Positions 47,759-57,343 of a stretch of 64,000 nucleotides of DNA are shown here, piece after piece (position 1 is the first letter of the stretch; each line of letters begins with the position of its first letter). The notes under the pieces were generated by a model. The model worked only from the letters and a program-made list of their open reading frames with translations, was not told the origin of the DNA and ran no database searches. Made by a program: the position numbers and the translations under genes. This stretch comes from Escherichia phage UP19: sequence record OX638288. The stretch is one strand, 5' to 3'.

Positions 47759-50470
47759 ATGCAAGAATTCTATTTGACAGTCGAACAAATCGGTGATAAT
47801 ATTCTCGAACGTTACATCGATAAAAATGGTAACGAACGTAGTCGTGAAGTTCCTTACAAGCCTACAATGTTTATGCACGCTAACCCAGAGCAAGCCGTAA
47901 AATATATTGACATCTACGGTAAGGGTTGTGTTAAGAAAGAATTCGATTCAATGCGCGATGCTTCTCAGTGGATGAAGCGCATGGACGATATGGGTCTCGA
48001 AGCCCTTGGTATGGACGACTATAAATTAGCCTATTTGTCTGATACCTATCGTAAAGAAATCAAGTATGATTCTTCCAAGATTCGTATTGCAAACTTCGAC
48101 ATCGAGGTAACATCCCCTGATGGATTCCCTGAACCTGCCCAGGCTAAACATCCTATCGATGCCATTACTCACTACGACTCGATTGATGATAAATTCTATG
48201 TATTTGACCTTTTAGTTTCACCTTATGGTACGGTCGAAGAGTGGTCGATTAAAATCGCTGAGAAACTCCAAGACGAAGGTGGCGACGAAGTTCCACAAGA
48301 AATCATTGACAAAATCGTTTATCTTCCGTTTAATTCTGAAGAAGAAATGATGCTTGAGTATCTGAATTTCTGGCAACAGAAAACTCCTGTGATTTTGACT
48401 GGATGGAACGTTGAATCATTTGACGTGCCATACGTTTATAACCGTCTGAAAAATCTGTTTGGTGAGAACACTGCTAAGCGATTAAGCCCACATCGTAAGA
48501 CTCGTGTTAAAGTTATCGAGAATATGTACGGTGTTCGCGAAATTATTACACTGTTCGGTATCTCTGTTCTGGATTATATCGACCTTTATAAAAAATTCAG
48601 CTTTACTAACCAGCCTTCTTATTCTCTGGATTATGTTTCTGAATATGAATTGAAAGTAGGTAAGTTGAAATATGATGGTCCTATCTCCAAGTTACGTGAG
48701 ACGAACCACCAACGATATATTTCCTATAACATTATCGACGTATATCGTGTTGTGCAGATTGATATGAAACGCCAGTTCATTCTTCTTAGTCTGGACATGG
48801 GTTACTATGCCAAGATGCAGATTCAGTCGGTGTTCAGTCCAATTAAGACTTGGGACGCTATTATCTTTAATAGCCTTAAAGAACAGGGTAAAGTTATTCC
48901 TCAGGCCAAATCGCATGCGGTTCAACCTTATCCAGGTGCTTTCGTTAAGGAACCTATTCCTAACGCGTACAAATATGTAATGAGTTTCGACCTTACATCT
49001 CTGTACCCGAGTATCATTCGACAAGTGAATATAAGCCCAGAGACCATCGCAGGGACATTCGCCAACGCACCGATACATGAATATATTGCCGGAACTGCTC
49101 CGCGTCCTAGCGACACCTACAGTTGCTCTCCTAACGGCATGATGTACTATAAAGACCGTGATGGTGTGATTCCTACAGAAATCACGAAGGTGTTCTTACA
49201 GCGTAAAGAACATAAAGGTTATATGCTTGCAGCTCAACGTAATGGTGAGTTAATTAAAGAAGCATTAGAAAATCCTAATCTGTCTGTTGATAGTCCACTG
49301 GATATCGATTATCGTTTCGACTTCTCTGACGAAATCAAAGCTCAGATTAAAAAATTGTCAGCATCTTCTTTAAAAGAAATGTTGTTCAAAGCCGAACGTA
49401 CTGAAGTCGCAGGTATGACTGCTCAGATTAACCGTAAGTTGCTTATCAACTCCCTTTATGGTGCACTTGGTAACGTATGGTTCCGTTACTATGACCTCAG
49501 GAACGCAACTGCAATCACATTGTTTGGTCAAATGGCCCTCCAATGGATTGAACGTAAGGTTAACGAATATCTGAATGGCGTGTGCAAGACTGAAAACCAG
49601 AAGTTCGTGCTCTATGGTGATACTGACTCCATTTATGTTAAGGCTGACGCAATCATCAATAAAGTAGGCGAAGACAAATTCCGTGATACTAACCACTGGG
49701 TTGACTTCTTAGATAAATTTGCACGTGAACGTATGGAACCGGCTATTGATGCAGGCTTCCGTGAGATGTGCGAATACATGAACAACAAACAGCACTTGAT
49801 GTTCATGGACCGAGAAGCTATCGCTGGTCCTCCGCTTGGTTCTAAAGGTCTTGGTGGATTCTGGACAGGCAAGAAACGTTATGCACTGAACGTTTGGGAC
49901 ATGGAAGGTACTCGTTATGCCGAACCACACTTGAAAATCATGGGTCTCGAAACTCAGAAATCAAGTACGCCTAAAGCGGTTCAGAAAGCACTGAAAGAAT
50001 GTATCCGTCGTATGCTTCAAGAAGGCGAGGCTTCTTTGCAAGAATATTTCAAACAGTTTAATAAGGAATTTAACGAATTAGACTATGTAAGCATTGCTGC
50101 AGTATCCAGTGCTAACAACATCGAGAAATATAATGAAGGCGGATTCCCTGGTTCTAAATGCCCGTACCACATCAAAGGTTGCTTAGCTTACATGCGTGCT
50201 TCTGCTGGTGATTTGACTATGCCTCGTATCGTTGATGGTGAAAAGGTATATGTACTGCCACTTAAAGAAGGCAACCCGTTCGGTGAAGCTTGTATGGCGT
50301 GGCCGTCAGGTATTGAACTTCCGATTCAGATTCGTGACCAAGTCCTCCGTTGGATGGACTACAACGTACTGTTCCAAAAGACCTTTATCAAACCTCTAAC
50401 CGGTTTTACTGAGTCTGCTAAAATCGACTACGAGAAAAAAGCAACATTATTTGACATGTTTGACTTTTAA
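47759..50470 (+). CDS. 43: DNA polymerase gp43 (family B)
   Basis: 903 aa MQEFYLTVEQIGDNILERYIDKNG...; exo motifs FDIE, YNIIDV; polymerase motifs SLYPSI, YGDTDS. Confidence 0.97.
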   Translation: MQEFYLTVEQIGDNILERYIDKNGNERSREVPYKPTMFMHANPEQAVKYIDIYGKGCVKKEFDSMRDASQWMKRMDDMGLEALGMDDYKLAYLSDTYRKEIKYDSSKIRIANFDIEVTSPDGFPEPAQAKHPIDAITHYDSIDDKFYVFDLLVSPYGTVEEWSIKIAEKLQDEGGDEVPQEIIDKIVYLPFNSEEEMMLEYLNFWQQKTPVILTGWNVESFDVPYVYNRLKNLFGENTAKRLSPHRKTRVKVIENMYGVREIITLFGISVLDYIDLYKKFSFTNQPSYSLDYVSEYELKVGKLKYDGPISKLRETNHQRYISYNIIDVYRVVQIDMKRQFILLSLDMGYYAKMQIQSVFSPIKTWDAIIFNSLKEQGKVIPQAKSHAVQPYPGAFVKEPIPNAYKYVMSFDLTSLYPSIIRQVNISPETIAGTFANAPIHEYIAGTAPRPSDTYSCSPNGMMYYKDRDGVIPTEITKVFLQRKEHKGYMLAAQRNGELIKEALENPNLSVDSPLDIDYRFDFSDEIKAQIKKLSASSLKEMLFKAERTEVAGMTAQINRKLLINSLYGALGNVWFRYYDLRNATAITLFGQMALQWIERKVNEYLNGVCKTENQKFVLYGDTDSIYVKADAIINKVGEDKFRDTNHWVDFLDKFARERMEPAIDAGFREMCEYMNNKQHLMFMDREAIAGPPLGSKGLGGFWTGKKRYALNVWDMEGTRYAEPHLKIMGLETQKSSTPKAVQKALKECIRRMLQEGEASLQEYFKQFNKEFNELDYVSIAAVSSANNIEKYNEGGFPGSKCPYHIKGCLAYMRASAGDLTMPRIVDGEKVYVLPLKEGNPFGEACMAWPSGIELPIQIRDQVLRWMDYNVLFQKTFIKPLTGFTESAKIDYEKKATLFDMFDF

Positions 50471-50472
50471 GT

Positions 50473-50515
50473 GTTTACATACCACATGGAACGTGGTAGT
50501 ATCCTTCCTATCAAC
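50473..50515 (+). promoter_or_regulatory. early promoter / stem-loop cassette (variant core)
   Basis: gtttacataccacatggaacgtggtagtatccttcctatcaactacatgagg. Confidence 0.55.
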
Positions 50516-50532
50516 TACATGAGGAAATTATA

Positions 50533-50769
50533 ATGGAAGCTTTAATCGTTAGTGCTGGTGTTTTAGGATTCGGTTCTCTGGTTATTATGTTCATTGGTTA
50601 CTTTTTACCATGGATTCTGGCCCTTCTGCGAGGCACTCGTAGCAATGTTGGAATCTTCTTCCTTAATCTCCTGTTAGGGTGGACGATGATTGGTTGGGTA
50701 GTGGCTTTAATCTGGGCTATCGTCGCTGAACGTAAATCAAACGCACAAATCATTATCGTTAAACAATGA
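50533..50769 (+). CDS. imm: superinfection immunity protein Imm-like
   Basis: 78 aa, two TM helices, FFLNLLLGWTMIGWVVALIWAIV motif; after gene 43 as in T4. Confidence 0.7.
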   Translation: MEALIVSAGVLGFGSLVIMFIGYFLPWILALLRGTRSNVGIFFLNLLLGWTMIGWVVALIWAIVAERKSNAQIIIVKQ

Positions 50770-50903
50770 AGATAATTATTTTATTTCTTATAATGGCTGC
50801 CTTTACCGTTTATTGGGCAGTGGCAATTCCTCCAATGATTCCAACATTAATCATGGGATGGATTATTCTTATAGCACAAATTAAGTATAACTGTTTTAAT
50901 TGA
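50766..50903 (+). CDS. small membrane peptide (45 aa; imm.1-like position)
   Basis: ATGA-coupled to imm; hydrophobic. Confidence 0.4.
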   Translation: MKIIILFLIMAAFTVYWAVAIPPMIPTLIMGWIILIAQIKYNCFN

Positions 50904-50910
50904 GGATATT

Positions 50911-51411
50911 ATGAAAAAGTTAATTATCGCAATGAGTATGCTCCTATCAGGTTGCGCAGTCCAATACGGTGATGCAGTTTCTGCTGATGAAGTTGGTAAA
51001 GCTCGTATCGCAGCTGAACAGAAACAATTCGACGGCGAAATGAAATTCCGTGCCGGTTCTGGACTTGTGTACACCCGAGCTAATAATCAATGTGGTAATA
51101 ACTGTGCAAAATATGCTCAAGGGGAAATCGAATTCCAACGTGAACAAGAGTCTAAGCGTGAAGCGGTACTAGCCAAACACCAGGCAGAAATGAAGCGCCA
51201 AGATGATTTGTACAAAAAGCAGAAACTGTATGCCATGTGTGTAAACCATATCAATCTACAGATTTCTGTCCACGAGGCTCGTTATTACGAAATGCTCGAA
51301 ACCGAGAGCTTCGATAAGGCTCGTGATTATAAGAAACAAATCAACAAGCTTAAGACCAAAGTGCCTGCTGCAGTAGAACAGTGCATGGAATACGGTAAAG
51401 ATAAGATTTAA
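50911..51411 (+). CDS. lipoprotein
   Basis: Signal peptide with lipobox LLSGC; 166 aa. Confidence 0.6.
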   Translation: MKKLIIAMSMLLSGCAVQYGDAVSADEVGKARIAAEQKQFDGEMKFRAGSGLVYTRANNQCGNNCAKYAQGEIEFQREQESKREAVLAKHQAEMKRQDDLYKKQKLYAMCVNHINLQISVHEARYYEMLETESFDKARDYKKQINKLKTKVPAAVEQCMEYGKDKI

Positions 51412-51471
51412 GCAATAGAAATTTATTAAAAATAGTGTATAATGTACCTACATTCACTTGAGGAACAGATA

Positions 51472-53145
51472 ATGAAAAAGGTTGTTATTTTAGGCGCAGG
51501 TCTTGGCTCACGGTTGTATCCAATTACTAACGAAATCCCAAAGGTATTGGTTAACTACAAACAACATACGGTATTAAAACATTTGTATGATTTGTATAGT
51601 AACCAATCAGATGAAATTATTCTGGTTATTCACAGCAAATTTAACGACCTCGTTAAAGGCTATATTAAATCCATTAACATGATTACTGGTGATAAGCCTA
51701 AATTCACTATTCGTAACGTTGATGTTGCTAATGGTTCAGCTCATGCTATCGATTGCATTGCCGAAGATATCATTGGCCATAATGTCCTGTTTAACTGGTG
51801 TGACATCATTCCTATCGGTCATAAAGTTGAATGGGGTAACGACTATTGTTATACCTATGGAACTGACTGTCGCTTTACATTTGAAGAACCGTACTTACGT
51901 GAAATTGGTACCGGTGGCGGTGTAGTTGGTTTGTATCAGGTAGCCAATTGGACAGGTTTCGACCGTTCTAATTATGGCGAAGACCTTGCTGATAACCTGG
52001 ATTCAATGGTCTATTTGACTGAACGTAAACTGGATTTTGTAGTTGATGTCGGTGACAAATTGAAACTTGCCAAGGCCCATGAAGATTCTGAAATTAACCG
52101 TGAATTTAATAAATTAGAGTTCACCGAGAATCTGGCTATTAAAGTACCAACTAACGAATTAGGTAAAGAAATTCAATCTAAAGAAATCAATTGGTATAAT
52201 TCTATTGATTCTGAATTCGTTCCTAGCATTGTAGACTTTTCTCCAGGCGAATTCATTAAAATGGAACGTATCTTTGGTCGTACCATGGCAGATGCCTACC
52301 GGTTTATGTCCAAAGAAACTAAAGTCCTCATGGTTTATAAGGTCATTAGTGCATTACGTTCATTCGGTGGAACTATCGATAATCCGTCCGATGAGCAATG
52401 GTATTCCGATGTTAAGAAAGAAGTGTTGGACAAGGTCCTTATTCGTAATGCTTCTATTGCCGGATTGATTGAAGGCTTTGCTCCACAGGGCATTACCCAT
52501 GTTAACGATTTCAAAGTAGGCGACCCCGAAAAACTTCTCCGCCATGCACTAGAAATTCTGTCTGAACATAAAGAACCGTACCAACTTATTCATGGCGACC
52601 CGCACTACAGTAATATTATGCTGTCGGACGAAGGTGATATTAAAATCATCGACCCACGTGGTTATTTCGGTAATAGTTCTAAAGGCCCTGCGATTTATGA
52701 TGAAGCTAAGGTGCTTTATTCTATCGATGGCTATGACAAATTTAACTCAGACCCTCTATGGGGTGGATTAACTCGTAACGGAACTCGTGTATTCGTTGAT
52801 ATCGAAAAGGTTATGCCTTTAGACGATATTCCTATGTGCACATTTAAGCACAAGCTCTGGATTGCTGTTATTTGGATGGCGCTGGCAGGTTACTTTAAGA
52901 ATAACCCTCTGAAAGCTCTGGGTGCTTATTATAACGGTTTGTATCAACTGAGTGTGCTGCTGAAGCGGCATCCTCGTAAGCGTAAGCTTATTACTGGTGA
53001 ATTTGTCGATGAAGTTCGTGACCCTATCACGGCTCAAATTATTACTCGTTGTCCTGATAAGTGGGTTTTGCTTGACCAGGAAACTGGTGTAAAATATAAA
53101 CCTACAGGTTCTACTGAGCTCCACAAACAATGGAAGAAAATTTAA
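51472..53145 (+). CDS. bifunctional sugar-1-phosphate nucleotidyltransferase / APH-like anomeric sugar kinase
   Basis: N-terminus ILGAGLGSRLYPIT (G-x-G-x-R NDP-sugar pyrophosphorylase motif); C-terminus HGDPHYSNIML...IIDPRG (Brenner-type kinase motif). Confidence 0.7.
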   Translation: MKKVVILGAGLGSRLYPITNEIPKVLVNYKQHTVLKHLYDLYSNQSDEIILVIHSKFNDLVKGYIKSINMITGDKPKFTIRNVDVANGSAHAIDCIAEDIIGHNVLFNWCDIIPIGHKVEWGNDYCYTYGTDCRFTFEEPYLREIGTGGGVVGLYQVANWTGFDRSNYGEDLADNLDSMVYLTERKLDFVVDVGDKLKLAKAHEDSEINREFNKLEFTENLAIKVPTNELGKEIQSKEINWYNSIDSEFVPSIVDFSPGEFIKMERIFGRTMADAYRFMSKETKVLMVYKVISALRSFGGTIDNPSDEQWYSDVKKEVLDKVLIRNASIAGLIEGFAPQGITHVNDFKVGDPEKLLRHALEILSEHKEPYQLIHGDPHYSNIMLSDEGDIKIIDPRGYFGNSSKGPAIYDEAKVLYSIDGYDKFNSDPLWGGLTRNGTRVFVDIEKVMPLDDIPMCTFKHKLWIAVIWMALAGYFKNNPLKALGAYYNGLYQLSVLLKRHPRKRKLITGEFVDEVRDPITAQIITRCPDKWVLLDQETGVKYKPTGSTELHKQWKKI

Positions 53146-53528
53146 TGTCGCATCGAGTAGAAAATAAGCCACATTTATGTTTTGATATCGATAACACAAT
53201 CACGATTTGGAACCATGACCGTGATTATGAGAACTTTAAACCGGACACCGAAATGGTGTCCATGATTAATAAGCTTTATGATGAAGGGTACGAGATTACA
53301 TTATTCACTGCCCGTGGCATGACTTCATGTGGCCCAGGTCGAATCTTGGTTGAAGTAGTTCCTGCATTGGTTAAGAACCTTGAAAAGATTGGATTGAAAT
53401 ATCATAATCTGCTTACGCATAAGCCGAGTTATACTTTTATCATCGATGACCGAGCAATCCGTCCTGACCACTTTAAAGAAATGGTTCGTGAAGGAACTCT
53501 TGATAGTTATAAGGCCTATCATCCATGA
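53145..53528 (+). CDS. HAD-superfamily phosphatase
   Basis: CFDIDNTIT (DxDxT motif I); 127 aa; ATG overlaps upstream stop. Confidence 0.65.
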   Translation: MSHRVENKPHLCFDIDNTITIWNHDRDYENFKPDTEMVSMINKLYDEGYEITLFTARGMTSCGPGRILVEVVPALVKNLEKIGLKYHNLLTHKPSYTFIIDDRAIRPDHFKEMVREGTLDSYKAYHP

Positions 53529-54061
53529 ATCCAAAAATCATTGTTATAGACGGCCCGGATAATTCCGGGAAGTCCACTTTAATTAAAAATCTGTTATCCA
53601 ATAAGAAATACCGCCTTATTGATTTTCCTAAAAAGATTAATGGCAAGTGTATTTCATTAGGAACTGATAACGATAAGGCTTTAGTTGAAACTCTGTATAA
53701 GTTTTTAGACCCTAATTTCGTTTATATCCTTGACCGTGGTTATCCAAGTAATATTGTTTACTCAGGATTCCTTCGTGGTGAAATGGACCCTTATGTAGAA
53801 CTGGAAGATTGGAAAGGGTTTAAATCCGAATTTAACGTTATCGAGGTTATTTTAACTCGCAATCCATTAGACGAAGACTTCGAAGACGACCTTATTAAAT
53901 TAACCAAAGATGAGTTCAACCTAACTATCCGGCAATACGAAACATGTTTTGAAAACGTGTTTAAAATCTTAAATCATGACGGCCATAATAATTTGCTTAA
54001 TGTTGATATGGTAGAATTAAAACGTCTGAACGAATATATTGAAAATAAGGTGAATAAATGA
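53525..54061 (+). CDS. P-loop nucleotide kinase (thymidylate/dNMP-kinase-like)
   Basis: VIDGPDNSGKST Walker A typical of dNMP/thymidylate kinases; 178 aa. Confidence 0.6.
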   Translation: MNPKIIVIDGPDNSGKSTLIKNLLSNKKYRLIDFPKKINGKCISLGTDNDKALVETLYKFLDPNFVYILDRGYPSNIVYSGFLRGEMDPYVELEDWKGFKSEFNVIEVILTRNPLDEDFEDDLIKLTKDEFNLTIRQYETCFENVFKILNHDGHNNLLNVDMVELKRLNEYIENKVNK

Positions 54062-54756
54062 AACACATTACCGCTGTTAGTTTTGAAAATGCATTTAAAC
54101 AAATGAACGAAGAAATCCTGGAAGCTCCACAGTTTGCAGTTGATTCTCGTATCGGACGTTGTTATGAAATTGGTTCTGCTTCGGTAGAAGTACTGGATGC
54201 AAGCACCTATAAATTCACCGACCCACGTATCAATCGTATTAGTTATGAATATGCCGAATCCTTTTGGAAATTTATGATTTCTGGTGGTACTGACGCTGCC
54301 GAAGCATTTAAGGAATACCCTAATGTTGCTAAGTTCATTGATAAGCCGAAAAGTGATGTATTGCCTGCAAACTTCAACACTTTCTATGGACCTCGAATTG
54401 TGGCCCAACTCCCAGCCCTACTTAAAGAGCTTAAAGAAAAGGCTAACTCGCGAAGAGTTGTGTTCCAGATTCTCCAAGAACAAGACCAAGCCCTCCTTGA
54501 TTCTGACGAATCCTTAGAATATCCTTGCACCGATTCGGTAACGTATTATATTCGTGACGGACGTTTGTATGCACACACCCATATGCGTTCACAAAACTGC
54601 GCCGTTGTTATGCAGCTGGATTTCTATCTGCAGGGTAAACTGATGGCATTTATTGCTGAACAGTGTGGTGTCGGTTTAGGTACATATTCCCACACCATGG
54701 TAAGTGCACACGTGTTTGAACGTGATTTTGACTACGTCCGAGGTTTCCTGAAATGA
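54058..54756 (+). CDS. 42: pyrimidine hydroxymethylase, thymidylate-synthase fold (gp42-like dCMP hydroxymethylase)
   Basis: 232 aa; ...SRRVVFQI...YPCTDSVTYYIRDGRLYAHTHMRSQN... with catalytic Cys in PCT context like T4 gp42; downstream of imm as in T4. Confidence 0.75.
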   Translation: MKHITAVSFENAFKQMNEEILEAPQFAVDSRIGRCYEIGSASVEVLDASTYKFTDPRINRISYEYAESFWKFMISGGTDAAEAFKEYPNVAKFIDKPKSDVLPANFNTFYGPRIVAQLPALLKELKEKANSRRVVFQILQEQDQALLDSDESLEYPCTDSVTYYIRDGRLYAHTHMRSQNCAVVMQLDFYLQGKLMAFIAEQCGVGLGTYSHTMVSAHVFERDFDYVRGFLK

Positions 54757-55646
54757 GTTTGTTTATCGTTCCTATTTTCAGTATGCGTAGTTACGAAACA
54801 GGTGAATATGCCGTCCTTAAGGACGGCAATTTTCAACTCCATTTAAATCGTGCTCGTCCAGGTGATTATCTGGCTTATCCTAGAAATTCGAGCGATATCA
54901 AAGAATGCATTGAATTATTCCCAGAACTGAATTTCGTACCACTTTGGTATAAAGAAAATGCTTATGAAACCCGTAAACATTTCTGGTCTGAAAATGAGTT
55001 TGTAGTCGATTCACTAATCGAATACTATGATTGCTCAGGACTGGTGACCGATATCACCGGTTATGATGGTGCTCATACTGTACAATTCAACTTTAATATC
55101 ACAATGGACCCTGAAGTTCCTCGTTATTATATCGACGAGTTCATTGATATTGATGTGGCTTCAGTTGAACGTTCACTTTATACTACAGTCTTGAATCAAT
55201 GCCAGAAAGACGTCCTGGTGTCACGAGGTGCATCCTCTGATAAGATTTTTGTAGACCAAAAGGTAATTAATCCTGCAGTAATTGAGCGTTACTCTGAAGG
55301 TCTAGCGCCTATTAAAATTGATGGTATTTTCCATCCATTCCGTATTTCGGATAAGTGTTATCAATTCGAAAGAGTTGTAGACCAAGCTGCCGCTGAAGGT
55401 GCTCGTCTTTATATCACCGACCCTAATGATTCATTTAAGCGCGAAGACTATCGTCCTGATGTAGAGATTATTAAATTCAAACCGAGTAAGGTTGAATATT
55501 ATCAAATTCTGAAATCAAGACCACATATCATTTATCATGAGAACCCAGGTTTAGTATTCCATCCTGGTCTGGCTGAATTCATTTATTTTGGTGCCAATAT
55601 TCATTCTGAATACGAAATGCCACGTTATGAGGACGTAGTATGCTAG
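54753..55646 (+). CDS. hypothetical protein, candidate DNA sugar-transferase (positional equivalent of T4 beta-gt)
   Basis: 297 aa; directly downstream of hydroxymethylase; no family recognised by eye. Confidence 0.55.
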   Translation: MSLFIVPIFSMRSYETGEYAVLKDGNFQLHLNRARPGDYLAYPRNSSDIKECIELFPELNFVPLWYKENAYETRKHFWSENEFVVDSLIEYYDCSGLVTDITGYDGAHTVQFNFNITMDPEVPRYYIDEFIDIDVASVERSLYTTVLNQCQKDVLVSRGASSDKIFVDQKVINPAVIERYSEGLAPIKIDGIFHPFRISDKCYQFERVVDQAAAEGARLYITDPNDSFKREDYRPDVEIIKFKPSKVEYYQILKSRPHIIYHENPGLVFHPGLAEFIYFGANIHSEYEMPRYEDVVC

Positions 55647-55771
55647 GTCCTCTATTGCTTTTTATAGGTTTGTTATTATTCTCTTTCGGAGGCTTGCTAT
55701 TATTAGTGTGGCTCGAGAAACGAGAAGTTCGGAAGATAGTCGATAAGGCTATCAACCGAGGAATTAAGTAA
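55640..55771 (+). CDS. small membrane peptide (43 aa)
   Basis: ATG overlapping upstream stop; Leu-rich hydrophobic. Confidence 0.35.
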   Translation: MLGPLLLFIGLLLFSFGGLLLLVWLEKREVRKIVDKAINRGIK

Positions 55772-55848
55772 TGCTGTAGCTGTGAAGTGATATAATTACC
55801 CTATCTTAAAACGTGAGAAAAATATAATGATGCCTATGGAAAAATATA

Positions 55849-57021
55849 ATGTCTGATTTAAAATCCCGTTTGATTAAAGCTTCTACTTCTAAAATGACTG
55901 CCGACCTGACCAAATCTAAATTGTTTAATGGTCGTGACGAAGTTCCTACTCGTATTCCTATGCTTAATATTGCATTGGGTGGTGCGTTGAATGCAGGCTT
56001 ACAATCAGGTTTGACAATCTTTGCTGCACCGTCTAAACACTTTAAAACGTTGTTTGGATTAACTATGGTTGCGGCATATATGAAGAAATATCCAGACGCA
56101 ATTTGCTTGTTCTATGACTCTGAGTTCGGTGCTTCAGAATCTTATTTCCGTTCAATGGGTGTTGACCTGGAACGTGTGGTTCATACGCCAATCCAGTCAG
56201 TCGAACAACTGAAGGTTGACATGACCAACCAATTAGAAGAAATTACTCGTGGTGAAAAGGTTATTATCTTTATCGACTCCATCGGTAACACTGCTTCTAA
56301 GAAAGAAACCGAAGATGCTTTGAACGAGAAAGTTGTAGGTGATATGACTCGTGCTAAGTCTCTGAAATCTCTGTTCCGTATCGTAACACCTTATCTGACT
56401 ATCAAGGATATTCCTTGCGTAGCAATTAACCATACGGCTATGGAAATTGGTGGAATGTATCCTAAAGAGATTATGGGTGGTGGTACTGGTATTCTGTACT
56501 CTGCTTCTACCGTATTCTTTATCTCTAAACGTCAGGTTAAAGATGGTACCGAGCTCACTGGTTATGACTTCACCCTGAAGGCCGAAAAATCTCGTACTGT
56601 TAAAGAGAAATCAACGTTCCCAATTACTGTGAACTTTGAAGGTGGTATCGACCCGTTTAGTGGTCTGCTCGAAATGGCTACTGATATTGGCTTTGTCGTG
56701 AAACCTAAAGCTGGTTGGTATAATCGTGCATTCCTTGACGAAACCACGGGTGAAATGGTTCAAGAAGAAAAATCATGGCGTGCTAAAGCTACCGATTGTG
56801 TCGAGTTCTGGGGACCACTGTTTAAACATGCTCCATTCCGTGAAGCAATCGAGAATAAGTATAAGCTCGGTGCAATTAATTCTATTAAAGAAGTCGATGA
56901 TGCAGTGAACGACCTTATTAACTCTCGTGTCTCTAAGAACGTTGCAGTTAAATTGAGCGGTGACACTCAAAGCGCTGCTGATATCGAAAACGATTTAGAA
57001 GAGATGGATTTAGATGACTGA
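55849..57021 (+). CDS. uvsX: UvsX recombinase (RecA-like)
   Basis: 390 aa; RecA fold, Walker A SKHFKT; like T4 UvsX. Confidence 0.95.
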   Translation: MSDLKSRLIKASTSKMTADLTKSKLFNGRDEVPTRIPMLNIALGGALNAGLQSGLTIFAAPSKHFKTLFGLTMVAAYMKKYPDAICLFYDSEFGASESYFRSMGVDLERVVHTPIQSVEQLKVDMTNQLEEITRGEKVIIFIDSIGNTASKKETEDALNEKVVGDMTRAKSLKSLFRIVTPYLTIKDIPCVAINHTAMEIGGMYPKEIMGGGTGILYSASTVFFISKRQVKDGTELTGYDFTLKAEKSRTVKEKSTFPITVNFEGGIDPFSGLLEMATDIGFVVKPKAGWYNRAFLDETTGEMVQEEKSWRAKATDCVEFWGPLFKHAPFREAIENKYKLGAINSIKEVDDAVNDLINSRVSKNVAVKLSGDTQSAADIENDLEEMDLDD

Positions 57022-57343
57022 TTTATCTGATTTAGATAATTTTGTTAAAGATACTGAAGAGGGTCCTAGTGACCCTCGGTATTATGAGAAATCGTTAGAT
57101 ATAATCCGTAAGTCAATGGGTTCTGTTAAGCAGGAAATTATGCTTACATTACCTGATGGCACTGCTCACATCGTTTATGTGATGAATATTGTTATTGAGA
57201 AAGATGGAAAAGTGTCGGTTGATTTCGGAACGCCTTCCGAAGACCGAAAAGAAGAGCTAGCGCTTCATGTAGAAAAATGTGTTACAATGCAAATACAAGA
57301 AGAACTGGATAAAATTAAATCTAAGAGGTGGTGGAAGTGGTAG
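57014..57343 (+). CDS. 40: gp40-like head vertex assembly chaperone
   Basis: 109 aa between uvsX and 41 as in T4. Confidence 0.6.
   Translation: MTDLSDLDNFVKDTEEGPSDPRYYEKSLDIIRKSMGSVKQEIMLTLPDGTAHIVYVMNIVIEKDGKVSVDFGTPSEDRKEELALHVEKCVTMQIQEELDKIKSKRWWKW

Noticed and set aside
48692-49930. Several minus-strand ORFs (48692..49078, 48928..49116, 49370..49696, 49633..49872, 49709..49930)
   Set aside because: All are antisense to the DNA polymerase gene 43, whose identity is certain; typical spurious ORFs in a long gene.
53974-54408. 144-aa minus-strand ORF
   Set aside because: Antisense to the coupled kinase and hydroxymethylase genes; no RBS; plus-strand genes have clear catalytic motifs.
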